Of a stretch of 64,000 nt of DNA, positions 13,401 through 24,742 are shown piece after piece. How positions within the stretch are numbered: the stretch's first letter is position 1; the number at the start of each line of letters is the position of its first letter. A model generated the notes under the pieces. That model was not told the origin of the DNA. It was given only the letters and a program-made list of their open reading frames with translations, and made no database searches. The DNA lies in the NCBI RefSeq assembly GCF_001194135.2, contig NC_068986.1, forward strand, positions 45,252,979 to 45,316,978, read 5' to 3'. This DNA is from Octopus bimaculoides. Taxonomy: Eukaryota. The translations under genes and the position numbers were made by a program.

Positions 13401-16400
13401 TTTGATCTCTTTTACCAAACCGCCAAGTTACGGGGACGTAAACACACCAACACTGGTTGTCAAATGGTGATGGGGGACAAACACAAAGACACACATAGGT
13501 ATATACACATATATGACAGGCTCTTTTCAGTTTCCATCTACCAAATCCACTTACAAGGCTTTGGTCAGCCCGAGGCTATAGTAAAAGACACTTGTACAAG
13601 GTGCCACACAGTGGAACTGAACCTGGAACCATGTGGTTGGGAAGCAAGCTTCTTACCACACAGCCATGCCTAGTTTATATTTGTCTCGTAAATTTCTCAT
13701 TTTTATATCTATATACCATTGATATTAAGAATGTTAAAAATTTACAAAATATTTTGTTTTGTTTATTGCCAGATTAATCTGATTAAACAGAGCAATAATC
13801 AAAAACAATCCAGCTGTGATCATCTTGTATATTCATAAAAACAGTTTGGTTTGAAATGAGGGAAATTTGGTTGCTATTTCTTGAATGATCACATAAGGGG
13901 ATCTGCATTGGTGAAGCCTATCATTATTTTGTCAGTTTTTATTTTATATGCATAGGTGCCTGTAATATGATGGCTTCATTCAAATCCAGTATGAAGTAGC
14001 TATTTATCATACATCTATTAAACATACCATAATCTTCAAGAGGTATTTGGGTCATTACTTCATGCCATGTGTCAAGCACAAATCAGCATTGTGGGCCCAA
14101 CATTTTCAAAGCTATTGACTATAGTCAGAAATTGCTGGCACTAGAAATAAGAAAAGTGAAATGACTCAACCAAAAATTGAAACTGAATTGTAGATTCAGC
14201 TTTCTTGGAGATTACCACTATCCTATATCATTCACAAAAATGAACATAAAACAAACATTTTATTACTGCCAAAACATATTCATTATATGAAAACAGTTCT
14301 CACATGAGACAAAAACTTACATTGTAATGTGAACCAGCATTACTTTCTATTTTACTCTTTTTATTCTATACAGAAAAAAAAAAAAATTTACCTAGACGAT
14401 TGTTGACGAAAGGATCTTTAATGCTAAATGGATAGGATTCCTTTTGACCTCGAAATATCCGTTCTGCAAGAACTTTTTGTTCCATCTGCAAAAATATTAG
14501 GAAAATATTTAATGATGCGATGTAACACATTGACAACAATTACAGAAAAATTTTTCATCCCAGTAATCACTGACACTATCAGTATCATCTTTTGCCTTAG
14601 TATCCATTTGTTCATATAGGTGTCTTAAACTACAACCTAAGCATTTCTCCATTGTATTCATCCATTAAAAAAAATGTTAAAATTATTTTGTATGCCACAT
14701 ATATCTAAGCTTTTTACTAATTAATCTTAATTGGACTAGTCAATATATATTTCTTTATCATTTCAATTACATATTTTTTTTAGATCGTATGTTCTCCAGT
14801 TATCATCAGGTGATATTATACACATGCGTGCACACACACTACTTCAGATTAGGATTACAACAGTGTGTGACACATAAAATTTATATGCTATTCTCCTGCA
14901 ATGCCAGTATGTTCCAGTCTTTCATATTTAAACATATTTTAATAAACTTATACCACTGTCTAAAATTATAGTATGTTTAATAGATGTGTGATAAATAGCT
15001 ATTTCATACTGGATTTGAATGAAGCCATCATATTACAGGCACCTATGCATATGAAATAAAAACTGAAAAAATAATCATGGGCTTCACCATGTGATCATTC
15101 AAGAAATAGCAGTTCATTTAAACTAAGTTTTTATGGTGCTTCGTTTTCCATGATAGAAATCTTATTTGAGAATGGCATAGATTTTACATTTTTATTCCAG
15201 TTAATTTATTCCAGTCTTGACCTCTCATCAGAACTTTCCAATGTTTTTTAAATCCTTAATTTTTGGCATTATTCTGTTTCATCATTTGACAAATGTATTA
15301 TCTTTTACTTGTTGCAGACACTGGGCTCGAGCACCACCTTGAAGGAAATCACTCAAACAAATCAACCCCAGTACTTATTTTTACGCCTGGTACTTACTTT
15401 ATCAGACCATTTTGCTGAATTGCTAGTTATAGGGTATATAAACAAATGAACACCAGTTATCATATGGGATGCATGAGTGTGGGGAGCAAAGATAGACACA
15501 AATATACATATACACATACACATATGGTGGGGTTCTCCACATTTTCCATCTACCAAATTCACTCACAAGGCATTATTTGGCCTGGGGTTATTGTTGGAAA
15601 CACTTGTTAAGGGTGCCATATGATGGGACTGTTCTGAAACCACTATGTGGTTGCAAAGTAAGCTTCCACAAACGTAAGTGCAGGAATGAAGTTTGCTTAG
15701 GAGTGCAAACCCAGTTTTCAGGAGAATGTTCAAAGTTTTTCATCAACCTCAGAAACTCCTGGATTCATTTTTATCCCATGAAAATATTCTTAGTCAGTCC
15801 ACCCACTTCTCCCTTTAACTCTCCCCTTCTTGCATTACTTTTTCAGAGAATCATCATGGCTTCTTATCTTGGAAATAAATTTACTGTTTCTCAGAGAATA
15901 AGGAAGAAAACTATATTAATCTTACCTGAGTTTTTCTTTCGTTAGAAATACTACGACAATATTTCAACACCATATTTCTCATACATAGTTTACACAGCAG
16001 TGTAGACGTCTATGAACAAAAGCATAGTTAAAGTAATAGTTTATAGAATTAAGAGAAAATGTTCTGCAATAAAATCAATCAAATAATTTTGAAGATTAAT
16101 GTGATATCTTGCATGTATGTTAAGATATCTAGAATTATAGAGGTCTCAATAGTTCATCATCACCACCACACTGTATGTATCTGCCTCAACATACACACAA
16201 TTTTTAAGCAAATGTAAACTAAAATCTAACTTAGGTGGGTAATAAAACTTATTTTTACAGGTTACTATTTAAGAAAAAAATAACACACAAGCTTACCTTT
16301 TGAAGTAATTCTGGACATGGAGGCCAGGATTTATCTAAAACAGATTTTGGCAGCTTTGTTTTCAGTCTCTGAAGATAGTTATATTTAGTATATTGAACAA

Positions 16401-19400
16401 ATTCTTGATTTTCCTTACACACTGGTTTTTTGCGGTACATGAAACCTTTGATGAATCTAAAAACACAAAGCAGAATCACTGGTTAGCACAAATTGAAGAC
16501 ATTCTGAAGGAATCAATGACAAGGTTAGACGAATGCATTTATGTGAAAAAGAGCATAGCAATGAGACATCCTTTATCATTTACATAAAATATATTGAACT
16601 TATACCCAATGGATTAAGAAGAATATATTTGTCATTAAGACTTTGATAGAGAAAAAGTCATACATCAATTATTTAACTGATTGTGAAAATAAAATTACAT
16701 GCATAATGTACCTTTAAAGTAAAATGGGGAAAAATTTCAATAAAAAAATGTTTGTAGAAGTGACATTTTTGAGGACCAAATCTACATTTCTGGCAGGCAT
16801 AGCTCTCTGTTAAAAAAAATTCTTTGATCATCTGTAAAATTTTGTCTACCTTCTCTAAACATTATCACAAGTGTGTCCACATCCTAGAAACTTGCTTGCT
16901 TTATATCACTTCCACTTAACTCTTTTGAAACCAACCTTCCTGAAACTTACTCTGGTTAATATTCTAAAGTATTCATAAATTAAAAAAAAAAACAAGAAAA
17001 AACCCTTCCATCTTAATTTTATGTATGAATGTTTTGTTGTATTCCAAATATAAATTTAATAACAACAAAGTTAATTATTTTACTAAATCCCTCAAAATCT
17101 GTTAAAACATATATTACATCAGAATGGTCACAAAGGAGTTATACAAATATATCATACCTGTCTATGTTTCTTTTATCACTCATATTGTACACATATACTA
17201 AACCTTAGGTCTGTTTTGAGTTAACTAGGAGACATCTATGCCATCATATATCATCTTAAAATTGCAGCCAAGCACCCCTTGAATCACACCCTATTTTCTT
17301 AAATACAAAAGGATAGACTAGATAATGTAGTTCCTAATATAACAAGTCAACTGGATGGTTATAGCTAGAATACCTTTGATAATATACAAGCTTGATCAAG
17401 GTTGAGTTAGGGCTACAAAGCAACTACACCCAATCTTCATCATAATAAGTGTATCTCTCCAGAAGTTAGCCCCATCCCATGTTTTCTCCTTGCTACACAA
17501 CAATTCAAACTAATCTCTATATATGTTAACCACGGAGAATGATTTACCTTCAAGAAGAGTTTCTAGAACTTTGAGTTCCAACTATTTCTCCAATACCGAA
17601 AGTGATTTAACAACATGGACTTACTTGCGAATGATTTGTGTAGCTCTCTTTCGACGTTCCAACAATTTCCGGGCCAAGATTTGTCGTATCCAGCATTGCA
17701 ATACAATAGCTAAAATATAACAAATCAGAAGATTGTTAAATGCTTATTTATTAGCTTCACAAAATAATAAAAGACACCTTAAAGTTCAGTGAGTAAATTA
17801 CAAATTTAGAACCATGCAGGGTTTATTTTTAAGGCATAGTTGAGTGATTAAGAAGCTCACTTTGCAACCATATGGTTTTAGATTCAGTCCCATATACATA
17901 TACCCAGGCCTATTCCCCATTTTTTATTTAGGAGTGGGTAGCCACAATAAGACACACATCAGGCATTCTATTCATTTCCGGGGTATGACTATAAACCATA
18001 TCTGGTAGTGGGACCCTAGGGTCCTGGTTTCAGGGTCTAAGGAGTGTAGTTAAAGCCGTTGCCCGGGGCGTGGGGCTGTTGCATACAAATAGCTATTAGA
18101 AGTCACAAGTGAGAGCTGAGTGCAGGTGGGGACCAAAGCAGATCAACTACTCCGAGGTGGAGCACGACTGTTGCCCCGTCAGAGGTACTACCCCTCCCGT
18201 ACACCCCTCTTAGCCACTTTTGTTCTCAGGTCTACTCTGGCCTGGAGTGGTAGCACCTGTAAGGGTCCCAGCTATGGGTTAACTAGCAAACCCCACTGTG
18301 ACTGGGGAGTGGGAATCAGTAGAATGCAGTCATCGTATTCCCTGCATGATGTAAGAGGTGACTAAAAGGGGCTGGAGCCAGGGGGCTGGGAATCCTCTCC
18401 TCCTAGTAAATCCATAGTCTTAAAAAGATGGCAAGAAAAGAAAAATACTTCAGAATATTTCAAATGTTTCTAAAAGAATTAAAAGATGATCTTAAGCAGT
18501 TGTATTTATGCTTACATCAAAGCTAATATTTTTGCATTAAGATCATAAGCAGTGAAGATTTTCAAGAGTTATATATCATCTAATGTGTTTATTAGGCTTG
18601 CATACCAAAGATTTAATAATTGCTACAAACTTGCACCTGACTTTTGAAAAAATAATATATTTCTATCATAGGTAATTTTCTAATTTAGTAATCATCATAG
18701 ACTATTTGAGAACTTAATGTTATTCATGAAGAAATCTCACTAAATATTTCTCTTTTAGTAAGACAACTATACTGAGCAAATTTATAATTCATAAGTTTTC
18801 ACACAAGATTTCCATATAATATTGACTCAGTTCTGCTTTCATGGAAAGTTGAATAAATGTAAGTTGAAAAACATAAATGGTATCGAAAGAACGAAAATAG
18901 TTTACCTGAGAATCGTAATTTCTTGTAGATCTGTTGTTGCCTGTAGCCCTTAAACTTAGCTTGAATTTGTGTAGCTGAAAAAATAAATAAAATATATGAT
19001 AAGGTTTAAGAGATAAATAATATATCAGATAAAGTTTTATCATCACCAAGGATCAGATATTAGACATGATTCATGAGGTAAGGGCTGTCATAAATCTGCC
19101 ACACAGAGGAGATGAGTGAAATTTAGTGAATTGATACATACTTTAAAGTTAGACATTAGTGTATTGTAAGAAATCTCAGGAAGGATAAGAATTCTAAAAA
19201 ACAGTTATCATCAGAATATTGCAGATTCAGGAAAGAAACATATTATGTTGTTGTCATCATCATTTAACGTCTACAATTTTATTCTTGCATAAGTCAAATG
19301 GAATCTGTTGAGGCAGATTTTCTATGATCAGATGCCTTCTTGTTGCCAATCACCACTTGTTTCCAAGCAAAGTAATATTTCCCATAGCTTTGGTCAGTCC

Positions 19401-20114
19401 AAGGCTATAATAGAAGATACATGCCTAGGATGCTCTGCAGGGGGACTGAACCTGAGACCACATGGTTGGGAAGCAAGCTTCTCAACCACATAGACATGTC
19501 TATGTCTCATATAAATGGTAAATAGAAACACAGCTGCATCAGCTGAATCTAAGGGGAGGTGCAAACCACAAAAGAAAAAAAAAACAGAAAAAACATTCTG
19601 AAGATTAAAGTGAATTATGTCTGTTTTAGAAGAGACAGAAACGAAACAAAATCACAAGGTAAAGACTGGAGTTTTCCAAAAGGCAGGTTTGTTGATTTGC
19701 ATGTGATTTGAGATGTCAGTGATCAAAGCATCTGCACCATCTCAGAGTTGTGCTTATAGTAGGAGATAGCTAACCTTTGTAAGAGTGATAATATGGTTCC
19801 AGAACTGAGGTATTTCTTGGCTTTAAGGAGAAAATACCAAGTGTCTTAGATGCAGTTCTGGCAATGCTAAGAATGTTTGGTTTTGAACTAAGCTTAATAG
19901 GGATGGTAAGTAGTAGCATATGTGTGTGCATGTGTGTGTGTGTGTAAATATGATGAAGATAATTAGTAAAGTTGGCAGTAGTTAACAAGTCTGTGTGCTA
20001 TTTCTGTCTTTGAAATTAGTATTATTTATATTTTATGTCATTAAAAGTTATCAGATTGTAACATCTCCATTGGTGCTTGAAATGAGTACTGTGTGTGAGT
20101 ATATATATATATAT

Positions 20115-20172
<58 letters not shown>

Positions 20173-23100
20173 AGGGTGCGTGTGTATGTGATTATATGTA
20201 TATGTGAGTGTGTGTATGCGTAGACAAGTTTTTGGTATGTTGCAACATAAAATCAGTCATTGGCAGTAAGAATTCACCATTTTCACTGCTTCAGTCACTC
20301 AAATTAATATCCTCNNNNNNNNNNNNNNNNNNNNNNNNNNNNNNNNNNNNNNNNNNNNNNNNNNNNNNNNNNNNNNNNNNNNNNNNNNNNNNNNNNNNNN
20401 NNNNNNNNNNNNNNNNNNNNNNNNNNNNNNNNNNNNNNNNNNNNNNNNNNNNNNNNNNNNNNNNNNNNNNNNNNNNNNNNNNNNNNNNNNNNNNNNNNNN
20501 NNNNNNNNNNNNNNNNNNNNNNNNNNNNNNNNNNNNNNNNNNNNNNNNNNNNNNNNNNNNNNNNNNNNNNNNNNNNNNNNNNNNNNNNNNNNNNNNNNNN
20601 NNNNNNNNNNNNNNNNNNNNNNNNNNNNNNNNNNNNNNNNNNNNNNNNNNNNNNNNNNNNNNNNNNNNNNNNNNNNNNNNNNNNNNNNNNNNNNNNNNNN
20701 NNNNNNNNNNNNNNNNNNNNNNNNNNNNNNNNNNNNNNNNNNNNNNNNNNNNNNNNNNNNNNNNNNNNNNNNNNNNNNNNNNNNNNNNNNNNNNNNNNNN
20801 NNNNNNNNNNNNNNNNNNNNNNNNNNNNNNNNNNNNNNNNNNNNNNNNNNNNNNNNNNNNNNNNNNNNNNNNNNNNNNNNNNNNNNNNNNNNNNNNNNNN
20901 NNNNNNNNNNNNNNNNNNNNNNNNNNNNNNNNNNNNNNNNNNNNNNNNNNNNNNCGTTGTGAGTGTTTATTGAGCGAAAACACCTAAAGCTCCACAAGGC
21001 TCCGACAGGGGATGGTGGCGAACCGTGCTGTACTCTTTCACCACACCTTTCTCTCACTCATACTTCCTGTTTCTGTTGTGCCTGTAATTCAAAGGGTCAG
21101 CCTTGTCACACTGTGTCATGCTGAATATCCCCGAGAACTATGTTAAGGGTACACGTGTCTGTGGAGTGCTCAGGCTGTTCCGTTGATCGGATCAACTGGA
21201 ACCCTCGACGTCGTAAGCGACAGAGTGCCAACAACAACAGTACAATTAGCAAGTTCTGGATCAAGATGATTATATCTAAGCATAATACCAAAGACAGAAA
21301 GTTTATGCACTGTACTTTAGCTTCATATTTAGGGATTACACTGTGTAACAACTGTTATTTCCTATTTGCTTACTCCTTGAAAGTATGAAAAATGGCTAAT
21401 ATTTCCTTCAAACTTTGCTTTTGTTACATTTATTCAAACCCCAAAGAATCTCTCTCAACATATGATTATCATGCTCCCCCACCTTACTCCTGCTCATCAT
21501 TAGAGATGCACATATTGTCAGCCACTAAGGGACATGCTCAAGTAGTTAAGGTCAAGCAACTGACAAGTGAATCCGTGGTGCTGAGCAGAATATTTGTTAA
21601 AAACGATATTTCTGCTTCAGTAACTCAGTGCTGAATGTATCTAAACTGTAATGGAAAATTGGTCAGTTTCAAAACATTGATGTCCTGGTCACGAAAGCAA
21701 AGTTTGAAGGGAATAGTAGTAATTTCCTTTGATTCCTAGATAGAAACAAATAGGAAATAACACTTACTGACCAAAGACAAAAGAATAAAGATTTTATTAC
21801 AGTGTAATGTTATTAATTTTGGTCTTTTTTCTATTAAATTAAACAGGAAGCTTAGAACCAAGAGCAGTTTCAGACAGGTTGACATCACAAGGGTTAGGTT
21901 GACCCAATAAATGTTTGGTATTTATTTTATTGACTTCTAGAAGGAAGAAAAGTGAACATGAATCCTTGAAGGATTTCATGCAAGTTCAGAATAATGATTG
22001 ATGTCTCATAAATTATAAAGGGAATGATTAATACAATACAAAATTGGAACCAATGTCCTATACAGTGTCAGTAAAACTAAAACTGATTGTAAAATTTAAC
22101 TATACATACCAAGGCAATTTTTTTTCATTTGAAAGGCATCTTCGGTGGCAAACAGTACTCGAGGGAAACGAATGAAAAGTTTTGTTCTGAAAATAAAAAT
22201 AAATTCTAGTCAAGAAAAGATTTATCAAAAGAAAACAAAATTTTTAAAAATATCTTTTTTAACAAGCATTCAGAAATGAAATCTTGGACTTGAAGACAAA
22301 AACTGATGTAGAAACTGGGTTTACCTTAAGCTAGTTATGGACAATCTACAGACTGCAGGCTGCATAGGCCTATGGACTTTCTGAGTGGCATGCCGAATGA
22401 AAAATTGCCTTCAATATTTTTAGTTGTGTGGCCCATCTGATAATTAGCCATGTCTCAAGTGGCCTGTTTCTTGAAAAAAGTTGCCCATACCTGCCCTAAG
22501 CCAAAGCTATACACATCCTAAACAGTCAGAGAACTACTAATGTTAGAGCTCAATTGTATATGTTTAAAACATCAGTGATATCCAATATAAAAAAAATATT
22601 AGGTGCTTCTAGTTTTTACCAAGGTTGTTTGGTTGATTGATTACATCAGTGACTATGCAGATATCTCAGAAACCTTTGGAACTAAGTAGTATAAATGTTT
22701 GGTCAATGATTAAGTTCAACAAAAAAATTGTTTGCATGTTTTTTATTTATATATAATTTTGATTTCTTAGGAAATTATTGGGACACATGCTGGGGCAGTT
22801 ACGAGTTACATAACAAAAACAAAACCAGTTTATGGAAAAATTTCTGTTCGATATTAATGGTTATAATAGTTCAGAGAAAAATATCAGTCACTCCATTCAC
22901 AATATTAGTAAAAATAATTGACCCCACCCCACTTCTTTATTAATAAGACAAAATAGAGATGGTCTCCATATAATTCTTTCTTCACCATGATATTGGATAA
23001 GTTTAAAAAGTTGTCATCATCTAAATTTTATTAAACTTGGTAATTTTTCTGTCACCTTTCAATCCTCACAATGACTCTTCTACAGAAGGAGTTGCAGGTC

Positions 23101-23308
23101 CTATAAGAGGTGGTATTCAAACCATTGCATTAATTTAGGGTCTGGAGAGCGAAAGAAAAGCCTATGATTATATCCTGCTTACCAACCACATGGTTCCGGG
23201 TTCATTCCCACTGCATGGCTCCTTGGGCAAGTGTCTTCTACTATAGCTTCAGGCTGACCAAAGCCTTGTGAGTGGATTTGGTAGACGGAAACTGAAAGAA
23301 GCCCGTCG

Positions 23309-23345
<37 letters not shown>

Positions 23346-23649
23346 TTGTCTCCCCAATATCGCTTGACAACTGATGCTGGTGTGTTTAAGTCCCCATAAC
23401 TTAGCGGTTCAGCAAAAGAGACCGATAGAATAAGTACTAGGCTTACAAAGAATAAGTCCTGGGGTCGGTTTGCTCGACTAATGGCGGTGCTCCAGCATGG
23501 CCGCAGTCAAATGACTGAAACAAGNNNNNNNNNNTTCCGGGTTCATTCCCACTGCATGGCTCCTTGGGCAAGTGTCTTCTACTATAGCTTCAGGCTGACC
23601 AAAGCCTTGTGAGTGGATTTGGTAGACGGAAACTGAAAGAAGCCCGTCG

Positions 23650-23686
<37 letters not shown>

Positions 23687-24704
23687 TTGTCTCCCCAATA
23701 TCGCTTGACAACTGATGCTGGTGTGTTTAAGTCCCCATAACTTAGCGGTTCAGCAAAAGAGACCGATAGAATAAGTACTAGGCTTACAAAGAATAAGTCC
23801 TGGGGTCGGTTTGCTCGACTAATGGCGGTGCTCCAGCATGGCCGCAGTCAAATGACTGAAACAAGTAAAAGAGTAAAAAGGGTAGAGTATAACCTCACAG
23901 TTCACTCGAATTTTGAAATGACACCTTCTCCACTCCCAGGTCCCAAAAGCATCTAATGCTAACTTGCAAAATTCTTCTTGGAGACACCTGAGGTTGTTTA
24001 CACCCCCATCCATACAAAATGCTGGTTGAGTCAGAGAAAGAAGAGCAATGCTCATGATTTCTTCAGTATTTCAATTCCTTGACTATAAGGGAAAGGGAGG
24101 AGTTATATTTAGAGTAACATTCAGTTTGAATGCTTGCAGCTGAGTGGGCTCTGCTAAATGTACTAGAGAACCAGATGATGGTGACAAATTTAGGTCTCCC
24201 ACCCAAGAACATGTGCAGTCCAAATGACAGACTTCCGCACAGTTTACAGCCCTCCACCCTACCCCAGCCGTGGGTTGACCTGAAGCTATGGATAGAATGT
24301 AAAATCATGCAACTGAAAAGTGAATTTCTCAAATACACAGCCAAGCCTCTTCACACTTCAGTTTCCTGCTTGTAAAGAACAAACACCAGATCTTCAGAGA
24401 GTGCCAACAAGAGATTGGCAGCTTATCTAAGGTGGGATTTATCTCATCTTTTCATAAGTTTTTTTTTGTTTTTCTTTTTTAGTTGCTTATGAAGATATTC
24501 ATATTTACAATTTTTAAATTATTAGAAATTCGAGTGTTCAGTAATTATAAATATTTGTATAAGTTCCTGCAGTTTCTGTTTACCAAATTCTTTCACAAAG
24601 CATTGGTTGGCCTCAGGCTATAATAGGAGACACTTGCTTAAGTGCTGTGCAGTGGGACTAAGCCTGAAACCATTTGGTTTCAAAAGGAGCTTAAACACAC
24701 AGCT

Positions 24705-24742
<38 letters not shown>

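Noticed and set aside
14520-14640. Minus frame ...[15 protein letters not shown]..., superficially like the LRELC post-IQ helix (possible mutually exclusive exon)
   Set aside because: The available acceptors give phase 1 or 2, or an immediate stop in phase 0, whereas phase 0 is required; there is no matching donor and no further similarity.
20208-21057. Long ORFs in the track at 20.2-21.0, 26.8-27.2, 35.2-36.0 and 55.6-56.3 kb
   Set aside because: They are runs of N translated as X across assembly gaps.
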